A stretch of 64,000 nucleotides of DNA from Geobacter sp. (lineage in GTDB: Bacteria > Desulfobacterota > Desulfuromonadia > Geobacterales > Geobacteraceae): contig JACOUQ010000017.1 in the NCBI GenBank assembly GCA_016177775.1, forward strand, positions 1 through 64,000, in the 5' to 3' direction. Under the pieces are notes generated by a model that saw only the letters and a list, made by a program, of their open reading frames with translations, did no database searches and was not told the origin of the DNA. Below are positions 36,053-44,830 of the stretch, in pieces. Every line of letters starts with the position of its first letter. The stretch's first letter is position 1. The position numbers and the translations under genes are program-made.

Positions 36053-38023
36053 TCATGCAGATGGCGCAAATTTTACCATGACCTGGTCGGTCGGCCTTAT
36101 CCTGTCCCCGGCCCTGGGGAACTGCTCTACGACTCGCCCGCTTCCGAGAAGCTTGACGTTGATGCCGCGTTTTTCCATCACCCGCAGCACCTGCCGCATG
36201 CTCATGCCGGAAAAGTTCGGCATCATCGCCCCTTCGTTGCCGTCGGTGATGGTCCCTTCCGCCACCATTGCCTGCATCTCCTGGGGCGTCTCCTTCCGCA
36301 CCTCGATGGTCCGCGGCACAGGGGGACGCACACCCTTTGCCGGCGGAACATGCAGGTAACACAACGATTGCTGGGCAATGGCGCTGAAGGCGGGGGCCGC
36401 GACAACCCCGCCGTAAGGGCTGGTCTTGGGCTCGTCTATGATGACCATTATGGTCAGGCGCGGATCATCTACCGGGAGAAACCCGAGAAACGACGCAGTA
36501 CGCTTGTCCACCGAGTACCCCTTGGTCACAGGGTCCACCTTCTGGGCAGTGCCGGTCTTGCCGGCCACGCGGTAGCCATCTACCGAGGCGTTCATGCCGG
36601 TCCCCCCCTCAGTGGTGACTCCTTCCATCATCCGGCCGACAGAGGTGGCGGTCTCGGGAGAAATCACCCTGCGGACCTGATGGGGCTCGAAACGGCGAAT
36701 GACCGCACCGTTGGAATCGGTCACCTTCTCCACAAGATAAGGCTTCATGAGGACACCGCCATTTGCGATTGCCGACATTGCTGCTGTCAGCTGGACCGCG
36801 GAAACCGACACCCCTTGCCCGAAGGAGATGGTCGACAGGTCGACCCCGAACCACTGGCTTTTGTCCCGCAGGTAACCGATCGCTTCACCGGGGAGGTCGA
36901 TGCCGCTGCGCTCGGCAAAGCCGAAATTTTTAAGATAGCCGTAGAGCTTATCACGGCCTAACCGCATGCCGATCTTGGCTGCACCGATGTTGCTGGAATA
37001 CTTGAGAATATCGGCAACCGACAGCCGGCTGTACTTGTGGGTATCGTGGATCACCCTGCCACCGATGGAATAGCTGCCGTTCTCGCAGTTGAAGCTGTCA
37101 CCGGGCGAAACGATCTTTTCTTCCAAGGCAGCGGCAACAAGAAACGTCTTGAAAGTGGAGCCAGGCTCGAAACTGTCGGCGACCAGCCGGTTGCGGAGCA
37201 CCCAGGGTGAATACTGGCTGTAGGAATTGGGGTTGAAGTTCGGGTAGTTCGCCAGGGCCAGCACCTTGCCGGTGCGCGGCTCCATCACGAGCGCCATCCC
37301 TCCCTTTGCGCCGCTGGCAAGCACTGCCTTGCCCAGCTCTTTCTCGGCGATGTACTGGATGTTCTTGTCCAGCGTGAGGGTGATGTCGCCCCCCTGGGAG
37401 GACTGCTTCACTATTGCCTGGCCTACGCTGCGCCCCAGCGCGTCCCGTTCGGTGACCAGATAACCGGTGTTGCCCACAATCAGGTCGTCGTACTTGAGCT
37501 CTATCCCCTCCAGCCCCTCGGGATCCATCCCGGTGAATCCGACCACATGGGCAGCGGTCTCGGAATTCGGGTAGAAACGCTTGGTTTCCTTGACGAACCC
37601 GATACCATCCATCTTCAGACCCTTGATCTTTTTCGCCTGCTCAGGCGACATCCGGCGTTGCAGCCAGACAAAGTTGCGGCTTGCGGAGAGCTTCCTGACG
37701 AGCTCGTCGCGGTTGATGCCTAGAAGCGGAGCCAGGCTGGCAACCGTATCCTCCATCTCCTCGATGTTGCGCGGCTCGGCATAGCACGAATCCATCTCGA
37801 TGGAAACAGCCAGCGGCTCGCCGTGGGCATCGTAGATCGCCCCCCTGGCAGGGGTCAACGCCACGGTCTTCTGGTGCTGGCGCTCTGCCAGCTTGACCCA
37901 ATCCTCATGCTTCACAATCTGGAGATAAAAAGCCCTGGCAGAAACAACCGTGAAGAAAACGGCAAAAAAGGCCCCGACAGTGTAAATCCGCCGCTTGGCC
38001 CATGTTTCCCGCCGGTCCTTCAT
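36053..38023 (-). CDS. ftsI: peptidoglycan D,D-transpeptidase FtsI (PBP3)
   Basis: TM anchor. PBP dimerisation and transpeptidase domains with SxxK (STFK), SxN (SSN) and KTG (KTGTA). Confidence 0.9.
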   Translation of the reverse strand: MKDRRETWAKRRIYTVGAFFAVFFTVVSARAFYLQIVKHEDWVKLAERQHQKTVALTPARGAIYDAHGEPLAVSIEMDSCYAEPRNIEEMEDTVASLAPLLGINRDELVRKLSASRNFVWLQRRMSPEQAKKIKGLKMDGIGFVKETKRFYPNSETAAHVVGFTGMDPEGLEGIELKYDDLIVGNTGYLVTERDALGRSVGQAIVKQSSQGGDITLTLDKNIQYIAEKELGKAVLASGAKGGMALVMEPRTGKVLALANYPNFNPNSYSQYSPWVLRNRLVADSFEPGSTFKTFLVAAALEEKIVSPGDSFNCENGSYSIGGRVIHDTHKYSRLSVADILKYSSNIGAAKIGMRLGRDKLYGYLKNFGFAERSGIDLPGEAIGYLRDKSQWFGVDLSTISFGQGVSVSAVQLTAAMSAIANGGVLMKPYLVEKVTDSNGAVIRRFEPHQVRRVISPETATSVGRMMEGVTTEGGTGMNASVDGYRVAGKTGTAQKVDPVTKGYSVDKRTASFLGFLPVDDPRLTIMVIIDEPKTSPYGGVVAAPAFSAIAQQSLCYLHVPPAKGVRPPVPRTIEVRKETPQEMQAMVAEGTITDGNEGAMMPNFSGMSMRQVLRVMEKRGINVKLLGSGRVVEQFPRAGDRIRPTDQVMVKFAPSA

Positions 38024-38355
38024 CGTACGGCAACCACCTGCTGGTCGGTCGGGAGCGCCATCCCGAGTTCATCCCTGGCCAGCCCCTCGATCCTTGCCGG
38101 TGTCTTGAGTGAGGCCACCTCCAGCCGCAGCCGTGAATTGTCCTGCTGCGCGTCCTTCAGAAACCGCCCCGCCTCGGTGATCTGGAGACCGTACTCGATT
38201 ACCCTGATGCGAGACCAGACGTGGAAGAGCGACACACCTGTCAGGAGGAGGAGCACCACCATCAGGTACGGCAGGAGGTCCCACCGCAGGGAGAAATCCT
38301 TCTCGACCTTTTTCGTGAATGCCAGTTTGCCGAATGCCACCCGTGCATTGGCCAT
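38020..38355 (-). CDS. ftsL: cell division protein FtsL
   Basis: Small bitopic protein with TM helix and coiled coil, between rsmH and ftsI. 4-nt overlap with ftsI. Confidence 0.7.
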   Translation of the reverse strand: MANARVAFGKLAFTKKVEKDFSLRWDLLPYLMVVLLLLTGVSLFHVWSRIRVIEYGLQITEAGRFLKDAQQDNSRLRLEVASLKTPARIEGLARDELGMALPTDQQVVAVR

Positions 38356-38399
38356 GGGACTACCTCCTGAAACTAACTTACAGATTGGATGTAAAAGCT

Positions 38400-39371
38400 C
38401 TACAGCTTCTCAGCTGCCCGGAGCTTGGCGCTGCGGGCTCTCGGGTTAGCGGCCAGCTCCGCTTCGCCGGCCATGACCGGCCGGCCCGTCAGAATCCTGA
38501 GTTGCGGCTTGTTGCCGCAAACGCAGACCGGGATACTTTTCGGGCAGATGCACCCTTGCGCCAGCTTCCGGAATGCATTTTTAACGATCCGGTCTTCCAG
38601 GGAGTGGAACGAAATAACCACCGCGCGCCCCCCCGGCTTCAAAAGCCTCAACCCGGCTTCAAGCCCTTTATCCAGGCTTTCCAGTTCGGCATTGACCGCG
38701 ATCCGCAGGGCCTGAAACGTGCGGGTCGCCGGATGAAGCCGCTCCTCGTGGAATTTTCGCGGGATTGCCCCTTTGACTATCTCGGCCAGTGCCATCGTGG
38801 TCAGGATAGGCGATTTCTCCCTGGCGGCCGCTATGCGGACGGCGATCCGGCCTGCCCAGCGCTCCTCCCCGTACTCGCGGATGATATGAACCAACTCGGC
38901 TTCTGGAAGGGTGTTCACCAGGTCCGCCGCCGTCGGGCCGGTTCCGGTGTCCATCCGCATATCCAGCGGCGCATCCTGCCTGAAGCTGAAGCCGCGCTCC
39001 GCGCTGTCCAACTGGTGGGATGAGACCCCCAGGTCGAGGAGAACCCCGTCGATGCTGCCGATCTCCAGCGATGCCAGGGACTTTTCCAGTTCGGCGAAAT
39101 TGCGATGCACCAGGGTCACCCGGTCGCCGAATCCCGCCAGCCTCGCGGTTGCGGCGGCAATGGCGCTGGAGTCCCTGTCGAAACCGATCAGCCGCCCGTC
39201 AGGGGCGGATGCTTCCAGAATTTTCATGGAATGGCCGGCACCGCCAAGGGTCCCGTCCACGTAAATCCCGCCTGAATGGGGGGAAAGAAACTTAAGCACT
39301 TCCTCCGGCATGACCGGAATATGATCGAAATCCTGTTCCATCTCGCCTTGCGCCCGAGCCGGGAAAGGCAT
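38400..39371 (-). CDS. rsmH: 16S rRNA (cytosine1402-N4)-methyltransferase RsmH (MraW)
   Basis: [22 protein letters not shown] and [12 protein letters not shown] are RsmH signatures. TGATG overlap with mraZ. Start could be the internal M11. Confidence 0.9.
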   Translation of the reverse strand: MPFPARAQGEMEQDFDHIPVMPEEVLKFLSPHSGGIYVDGTLGGAGHSMKILEASAPDGRLIGFDRDSSAIAAATARLAGFGDRVTLVHRNFAELEKSLASLEIGSIDGVLLDLGVSSHQLDSAERGFSFRQDAPLDMRMDTGTGPTAADLVNTLPEAELVHIIREYGEERWAGRIAVRIAAAREKSPILTTMALAEIVKGAIPRKFHEERLHPATRTFQALRIAVNAELESLDKGLEAGLRLLKPGGRAVVISFHSLEDRIVKNAFRKLAQGCICPKSIPVCVCGNKPQLRILTGRPVMAGEAELAANPRARSAKLRAAEKL

Positions 39372-39844
39372 CAGATACCGAGCGAGGCAAGGGCTGCCGT
39401 GTCACTCGGGAAATCCTTCTCCGCCTGGCCAATCACCCGTTCCCAGTTCTCCTGGCTCCAGATCTCGATTTTCTTCTGCATGCCGATAATCACCACATCC
39501 CGATCCATTCCCGCATAGCTGCGGAGCGTGGGGGGAATAAGAACCCGTCCCTGCTTGTCGGCCGCGCATTCCACGGCCGGCGCCAGGATCAGGCGCTTGA
39601 TGCTGTTCAATTGGGCAGAGGTGAATCCCTCGCCCCGGTCCACGCGATCTTCGAGGGCAAGCCACTCCCGGTAGGGATATACCGACAAGCCATGGCAATT
39701 GCTGCCATCACCCATTCCCACGAGGCATTTCGTAACCATGAAACGCTCATCCTCGAACGTTTCGACGAACACTTCGCGAAACTTCGCGGGAATGCTGATC
39801 CGACCCTTGGGATCTATGGAACTTTGAAAATCTCCCCGAAACAT
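39371..39844 (-). CDS. mraZ: transcriptional regulator MraZ
   Basis: [24 protein letters not shown] duplicated MraZ/SpoVT-AbrB motif. Start at the ATG 39844 rather than the GTG at 39868. Confidence 0.9.
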   Translation of the reverse strand: MFRGDFQSSIDPKGRISIPAKFREVFVETFEDERFMVTKCLVGMGDGSNCHGLSVYPYREWLALEDRVDRGEGFTSAQLNSIKRLILAPAVECAADKQGRVLIPPTLRSYAGMDRDVVIIGMQKKIEIWSQENWERVIGQAEKDFPSDTAALASLGI

Positions 39845-39854
39845 GGCACCTTCG

Positions 39855-39928
39855 ACACTTTTTGCCACAATTTACCACTTCATACCACTTTGCGAAAAAA
39901 CTATACTAGCAGCCCCCTGCGTTGTCAA
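39855..39928 (-). promoter_or_regulatory. Pmra: consensus sigma70 promoter (TTGACA-17-TATAGT) with four 10-bp-phased GTGG (plus-strand CCAC) direct repeats, the presumptive MraZ operator
   Basis: Minus strand: TTGACA (39928-39923), 17 nt, TATAGT (39905-39900). CCAC/ACAC at 39855, 39865, 39875 and 39885, exactly 10 bp apart, downstream of the TSS, analogous to the E. coli MraZ boxes. Confidence 0.55.
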
Positions 39929-40192
39929 GGCAATTTCTCGGGGTCAAGCGGTTTTTTTCAGCGTTTTATCAATAGGTTACCCGAGAGGAAGAGATGGCGC
40001 AGACCACCCCCCTGTTAACAATTTCCAACTGAGCGGATTTATTCGGATTCCGGGAAAAAATACATTACGGCCGCTGGGAAAATGACGCCTGGAGAAGATG
40101 CAACAAGAGGAAGAATGGGGAACAGCATCGGATGGCAGGGTAATGGCGACGTGCGGGCAAAAACGGCACAGCTGATGAAATCTGCGGGCTTA

Positions 40193-40522
40193 CTACTCCT
40201 CCTTTTTCCGGCCGATGATGGAGATGACCTTTGCCCCGCTCTGTTTCGCATCGTTCGGCTCCTGGGGGGGAGTGACAACCTTTTCGACCGGCGACACCAC
40301 CTTCTCGATCGCCACAGGGGTCCCCCCCATGGTGAACGGGGTGCCATTGATCTGGGCATCCTCCAGTATCCAGGTGTAGACCTGCAAGGGTAGGTTCAGC
40401 ACAAGGAGCTTTACCTGCCACCAGCCAGGCTTGTTATCCGGGGAAACGTCCTCGAGCCTGGCGTAAAAAGCGGGCTTTTTGTCGATATGCACCAGTACAA
40501 GATCATTGATGCCTGTGGCCAT
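40193..40522 (-). CDS. hypothetical conserved protein (about 109 aa)
   Basis: AAAGGGG RBS 8 nt before the ATG at 40522 (MATGINDLVLVHIDKKPAFYARLEDV...). No recognisable domain. 20-nt overlap with the YkgJ-like gene 3' end. Confidence 0.4.
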   Translation of the reverse strand: MATGINDLVLVHIDKKPAFYARLEDVSPDNKPGWWQVKLLVLNLPLQVYTWILEDAQINGTPFTMGGTPVAIEKVVSPVEKVVTPPQEPNDAKQSGAKVISIIGRKKEE

Positions 40523-41072
40523 TGAAATTACCCCTTTCGCCGAGCAGGGGACGCCCCTCTTCCTGGACATCATGCTCGAAATTCATGAGCAGGCCATGCA
40601 TGTAGCGCCCCCCGAGCAGATCCTCGATCTCGCGACAGCTAAGGCGAAGGGCCTTCTCCAACGCATAGAAACGCGCCTGTTCCGAAGGCTCCAGCATCCC
40701 CTCGATCCGCTCGCAGTTGAAGGTGATGCAGTTGAACGGGCGGGTCGCCGGCTCCATCAGGCAACCTGTATCCCCCAGGTAAGGACAGTGCTCGGCGTCG
40801 AAACGGGGGACGAACAGAGGCTTGCCGGTTGCCAGAAACACGAGGGTGTCGATCACAGTGAAATGGTACTTGCCGGAAGCGCAGCACTCCCCTTGGCAAC
40901 TCGCGCAGATGGCTGCACCGTCCACAGATTCGGCAAAATCATGCAGTTCATCCTTCAGCAGCATGATCTGCCGCGATATGCGGCGCACTTCTTCCTGCAA
41001 GGGTGCGGGAAGTGAAGCATACTCACCGGAGAGGAGGGCCACCGCACTGTTCCATTTTTCCTGATTTGTCAT
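40503..41072 (-). CDS. YkgJ-family cysteine-cluster protein (zinc/iron-chelating domain, CxxCxxCC)
   Basis: CASCQGECCASGKYHF plus downstream Cys (CPYL, GCLM, CITFNC) match the YkgJ/UPF0153 pattern. Start at MTNQEKW. Confidence 0.6.
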   Translation of the reverse strand: MTNQEKWNSAVALLSGEYASLPAPLQEEVRRISRQIMLLKDELHDFAESVDGAAICASCQGECCASGKYHFTVIDTLVFLATGKPLFVPRFDAEHCPYLGDTGCLMEPATRPFNCITFNCERIEGMLEPSEQARFYALEKALRLSCREIEDLLGGRYMHGLLMNFEHDVQEEGRPLLGERGNFNGHRHQ

Positions 41073-41162
41073 CGTTACACTACTTGGAAACGCCGGGAAA
41101 ACAGGCGGAAGGTGGCGTCCGGCAGATACCATTCACCATTCACAATTCACCGCTTTAATAAT

Positions 41163-41548
41163 TGGCCGAAGCAGCCCGTAAGCCGGGTTCTGTTCCCGCC
41201 TCGGGTTGACCCCTCGGCGGGCAATGGTCATTCATCTGGGACTGCCGTTGCCGACAGCCTCGAGCAGCCAACCCGGAAGCACGGACGGGCCGTCCTTGAC
41301 GCTTCCCTATTTGGCCTTGCTCCTGGTGGGGTTTACCTGGCATCCGGCGTCGCCGCCGAACCCGGTGAGCTCTTACCTCACCCTTTCACCCTTACCTGCC
41401 TTCGCTAAGGCTATGGCAGGCGGACTTCTCTCTGTGGCACTTTCCCTGGAGTTACCCCCGCTGGACGTTATCCAGCACCATGCCCTGTGGAGCCCGGACT
41501 TTCCTCCACCCGCAAATGCAGGCAGCGACCATCTGGTCTGCTTCGGCC
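41163..41548 (-). ncRNA. rnpB: RNase P RNA (bacterial type A)
   Basis: Minus strand contains the universal P4 sequence GGAGGAAAGUCCGGGCUCCACAGGGCA. P1 pairs 5' GGCCGAAGCAGACC with 3' GGCUGCUUCGGCC. 3' region has ACAGAACCCGGCUUACGGGC. The three listed ORFs over this region are spurious. Confidence 0.85.
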
Positions 41549-41634
41549 AATTATTAAAGCGGTGATTAGTGAATGGAGAAAGGTGAAAAGCCTTTCCCAA
41601 TCCCCAGTCCCCAGTCCCTGACTATCATTATAAC

Positions 41635-42348
41635 CTAAGTGAGCTGGTCCCGCAGGAACAACATCCGCTGGCAGTGGGGGCAGGTAATCAGCTCATTCAG
41701 CTTGTACATGTTGTTGTAAGTCTGCGGTGGGAGGTTCATATTGCACCCAAGACAGGAACCATCCCGCGCTTCCACCACGGCCAGACCCTGACGACGCTCC
41801 CGCAGGGCCTCGTAGCGCTTGACAGTGGAAGCGGAAAGTCCCTTCGCGACTTTCTCCCGCTCCACAAGGTCGCCGTCATTGACCCTGTCAAGCTCGTCGA
41901 TCTTGACCTGTCGCTCACCCTTCTCGGCATCGACCCCCTTTTCCAGCTCCCCGAGGGTCTCTTCCTGAGTGGTTATCTCGGCCCTGAGCTCCTCGATCCG
42001 GGAGATCCTCTGCAGCACCTGCTCCTCCAGCTCGGCCTTCAGCTTGCGGGCAGCCGAGATCTCCTTGGAAACCGCCTGGTACTCCTTCTGGGTCTTGATC
42101 TCCTTGAGGCGGGCGTCGGAACGCGTGATGTTGTCTGCCTCCGTTTCCAGGTTCTCCTCCAGCGCCCGCTTCTCCTCCTCAAGCGCGGCAAGCGCCTCTT
42201 CCCGCTCACCCTTCGCGGCGCGCGCCTCAGCGATCTTGGCGTCGAGTGCCGCCATTTCTTCCTGCAGCTTCAGCTTTGCGGCATTGTGACCATCGATTCT
42301 CAGGTCCATCCGCTGAAGCTCTTCGAGTAATACCAGATTCTTTTGCAA
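41635..42348 (-). CDS. C4-type zinc-ribbon/coiled-coil protein (zf-RING_7/DUF164 family) usually paired with Nif3
   Basis: Long coiled coil and C-terminal CLGCNMNLPPQ...CPHCQRMLF zinc ribbon. Start uncertain (TTG at 42348 after GGGAGG). The listed N-terminus is unsupported. Confidence 0.55.
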   Translation of the reverse strand: MQKNLVLLEELQRMDLRIDGHNAAKLKLQEEMAALDAKIAEARAAKGEREEALAALEEEKRALEENLETEADNITRSDARLKEIKTQKEYQAVSKEISAARKLKAELEEQVLQRISRIEELRAEITTQEETLGELEKGVDAEKGERQVKIDELDRVNDGDLVEREKVAKGLSASTVKRYEALRERRQGLAVVEARDGSCLGCNMNLPPQTYNNMYKLNELITCPHCQRMLFLRDQLT

Positions 42349-42400
42349 AATTGCCTCCCGTTCCTGCCGTTGTTGCCGCTTGCCGGATGATAATGCCCGG

Positions 42401-43519
42401 TCACAGATAGATAAACGGCTCGTTTTCACTTTCGCAGGCAATGACCTCGGCCGCAAGGCCGCGATCAGCCAGTTCCTTTTCCAGTCGCTTCACTAATCCC
42501 CGCACCATGAGGTGCTCAGTTGCAAAGTGTCCGGCATCCACCAGCGCTAGACCGGCCGCCTCCGCCTCCCTTGCATCGTGATACTTGATATCGCCGGTCA
42601 CCAGCACATCGGCCCCCTTGAAGCATGCATCTTTCATGAGAGAGGCGCCGCTCCCCCCGCACAGGGCCACTTTCTTCACCTGGCGGCTGGGATCGCCAAC
42701 CACGCGCACTGCCGGCAGGGCCAATTGATCCTTCACAATCGCGGCGAACTCTCCAAGCGTCATGGGAGTTGCCAGGCGACCAGCACGCCCGAGCCCCCGC
42801 TCCTCACCCTTATTGAGCAAGGGATAGAGGTCGAACGCCGGCTCCTCGTAAGGATGGGCCTTCAACATGGCATTTACGGCAGCGCCGGTTTCCCCGCGGC
42901 GCAGCAGCACCTCCAGGCGCGCTTCTTCAACATACTCACGCGTCCCCACCGTGCCGACAAACGGCTCGGCCCCCGGCAGCGGCTTGAAGGTGCCGGTCCC
43001 AAGCGCCCGGAAAGAGCAATCACTGTAATTGCCGATGAATCTGCTGAACGGCACCAGGGCGTCATGCACCCGCTCTGCGTGGTCCCTCGGCACGAACACC
43101 GCAAGCTTAACCAGGTCGTCGCCTCCGGTCACCTTGAGCGGCACACAGTCTTGCACCCCCAGCCGCTCGGCCAGTAGGTCGTTCAATCCACCGGAAGCGA
43201 TATCGTAATTGGTGTGAAGCGAGACAACGGCGAGGTCATGGCGGATGGCACGGGCAATGAGGGCTGACTGGGGATCGGAGAGGGAGAGTTTATTCAGGGG
43301 GCGGAAGATGAGCGGGTGATGGGTCAGGAGCAGCGAGCATTTCGCCGAGATCGCGGCATCTATGGCTTCCGGGATAGGGTCCAGTGCCACCATGATCCGC
43401 TCCGCCGGGGCCGCCGGGTCGCCCACCTGCAATCCCACGTTGTCCCATTCCTCCGCAAAGGCAAAAGGAGCAATTTTGTTAATAATTCCAGCTATATCCG
43501 AGACTTTAGGGGTCGTCAT
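42401..43519 (-). CDS. Nif3-family dinuclear-metal-centre protein (YqfO/GTP cyclohydrolase 1 type 2 homologue)
   Basis: MTTPKVSDIAGIINKIAPFAFAEEWDNVGLQVGD... matches the NIF3 N-terminus. The listed N-terminal extension overlaps the tRNA and is rejected. Confidence 0.8.
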   Translation of the reverse strand: MTTPKVSDIAGIINKIAPFAFAEEWDNVGLQVGDPAAPAERIMVALDPIPEAIDAAISAKCSLLLTHHPLIFRPLNKLSLSDPQSALIARAIRHDLAVVSLHTNYDIASGGLNDLLAERLGVQDCVPLKVTGGDDLVKLAVFVPRDHAERVHDALVPFSRFIGNYSDCSFRALGTGTFKPLPGAEPFVGTVGTREYVEEARLEVLLRRGETGAAVNAMLKAHPYEEPAFDLYPLLNKGEERGLGRAGRLATPMTLGEFAAIVKDQLALPAVRVVGDPSRQVKKVALCGGSGASLMKDACFKGADVLVTGDIKYHDAREAEAAGLALVDAGHFATEHLMVRGLVKRLEKELADRGLAAEVIACESENEPFIYL

Positions 43520-43530
43520 CGCCTGCCAAA

Positions 43531-43567
43531 GAAAAAGAGTGCATCCAAAGGGAGTGCACTCTTTTTC
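43531..43567. terminator. bidirectional rho-independent terminator (A-tract, hairpin GAGTGCAcucccuuuggaUGCACUC, T-tract) downstream of the tRNA
   Basis: Perfect 7-bp stem with an A-run on one side and a T-run on the other. Confidence 0.5.
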
Positions 43568-43660
43568 ACTTTGATTTCTTTGGTTGTTTGTCTGTAAAGG
43601 TACGGCGTCAGCATCCTCACACTGCCTGGAAGAGATTTGCCCGCGGACAATCTCTGAATA

Positions 43661-43737
43661 TGGTGGGCCCACCAGGACTCGAACCTGGGACCAACCGGTT
43701 ATGAGCCGGTGGCTCTAGCCAACTGAGCTATAGGCCC
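43661..43737 (-). tRNA. tRNA with CAU anticodon (Met or lysidine-modified Ile2), 77 nt with encoded CCA
   Basis: Minus strand: GGGCCUAUAGCUCAGUUGGCUAGAGCCACCGGCUCAUAACCGGUUGGUCCCAGGUUCGAGUCCUGGUGGGCCCACCA. Cloverleaf is consistent (7-bp acceptor, TPsiC GGUUCGAGUCC, anticodon loop CUCAUAA). Confidence 0.9.
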
Positions 43738-43752
43738 GAAACATAAAGAAAC

Positions 43753-43781
43753 AGTTTATTTTATGGCTGCTAGAGTGTCAA
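43753..43781 (-). promoter_or_regulatory. sigma70-type promoter of the tRNA gene (TTGACA-17-TAAACT)
   Basis: Minus strand: TTGACA at 43781-43776, 17-nt spacer, TAAACT at 43758-43753, about 15 nt upstream of the tRNA 5' end. Confidence 0.45.
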
Positions 43782-43864
43782 GGGTTTTTTTCTAATGCAA
43801 AGCTGCCCGAAATTATGATTATATATTCAGGCAAAATCAGTAAAATCGTTCATCGGAGACCCCC

Positions 43865-44299
43865 GTGCAAGAAATCATCGGCAACATCTGGGATTATCCG
43901 GGGCGCGCGGTCGTTGCCATCACCACCAACGGCCAGGTGCCGCGGAACGGCCGGGCCGCGCTGGGAAAGGGCTGCACCAGAGAGGCCGGGGCGCGCTTCC
44001 CCTGGCTTGCCGAGCGGCTCGGCATTTTGCTACGTGACCATGGCAACCACGTCCACTATCTTGGCGAAGGGCTAGTCAGCTTCCCTGTGGAGCACTCACC
44101 CTTTGAAAATCCCGACCTCCGCCTCATCGAGCAATCAGCCAGGGAGCTGGCAGAGCTCGCCGACAGGCATGAATGGCCGATGATCGTGGTTCCGCGACCG
44201 GGCTGCGGCGGCGGAGGCCTCGATTGGCGCGAGGTCAGGCCGATCCTTGCTCGCTATCTCGACGACCGGTTTCACATTATCACCCTCCCCCCGTCCTGA
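43865..44299 (+). CDS. stand-alone macro-domain protein (TARG1/DarG-macro-like ADP-ribose-processing fold)
   Basis: NGxxxxNGxAALGKGxAxxxxxxFP (VAITTNGQVPRNGRAALGKGCTREAGARFP) and a second Gly-rich loop PGCGGGGLDWREVRPIL resemble TARG1/DarG-type macrodomains. GTG start. Confidence 0.5.
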   Translation: MQEIIGNIWDYPGRAVVAITTNGQVPRNGRAALGKGCTREAGARFPWLAERLGILLRDHGNHVHYLGEGLVSFPVEHSPFENPDLRLIEQSARELAELADRHEWPMIVVPRPGCGGGGLDWREVRPILARYLDDRFHIITLPPS

Positions 44300-44397
44300 A
44301 CCCTTATTTTCAGGGAAATTGCAGTAACGGGTTTCCATCGCGCGCATAATATGCTATACATATAGTCACTCTATTCCGGTTACAAAGGAGTATGCCC

Positions 44398-44643
44398 ATG
44401 TCTTGCAACAAGCATTCTGCAACCGAAGGACTCTTGGCCTTTTTCGCAGGCGCGGCCATCGGCGCCGGGGTGGCGCTGGTACTGGCCCCGAAGCCCGGCA
44501 GGGAAGTACGGGAAAGGCTTGCCGAAGCCGGCGGGGATGCCATGGAAAAGATCAAGGAAGGGGTAAAGGAGGCCAGGTTCAAGGTCAGCAAGAAGACCCC
44601 TGAGGACGCCTTCCGCTACGAAGGTGGCGATTGCTGGGTCTAG
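44398..44643 (+). CDS. YtxH-domain (DUF948) small membrane-associated protein
   Basis: AAGGAG RBS 7 nt upstream of the second ATG. GLLAFFAGAAIGAGVALVLAPKPGREVRERL is the YtxH signature. Confidence 0.55.
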   Translation: MSCNKHSATEGLLAFFAGAAIGAGVALVLAPKPGREVRERLAEAGGDAMEKIKEGVKEARFKVSKKTPEDAFRYEGGDCWV

Positions 44644-44745
44644 CAAACCGGCGCGCTCCGTTCAAACCTGACCGATTATATTCTCGCACCCGACGGCACC
44701 AATTCACCGTGAACCGCCCGATTGCGTCTGCACACAAATATGAAA

Positions 44746-44774
44746 GCCGCTCCCATGCAGGGGGCGGCTTTTTT
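44746..44774 (+). terminator. rho-independent terminator (GCCGCTCCCatgcaGGGGGCGGC plus T6)
   Basis: Follows the ytxH-like gene. May act bidirectionally for the convergent dehydrogenase gene. Confidence 0.55.
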
Positions 44775-44830
44775 CATACATATCGTTTTCTCAGCGAAAC
44801 CCCGCGTCCTCTGCGGTGAATTTGTCATTT

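Noticed and set aside
41112-41600. Three ORFs of 75-119 aa covering 41112-41600.
   Set aside because: They overlap RNase P RNA (P4 consensus present). Low-complexity products.
43815-44075. 86-aa ORF starting inside the tRNA promoter region and overlapping the macrodomain gene in another frame.
   Set aside because: Overlaps a better-supported ORF (macrodomain motifs) and the tRNA promoter, with no RBS.
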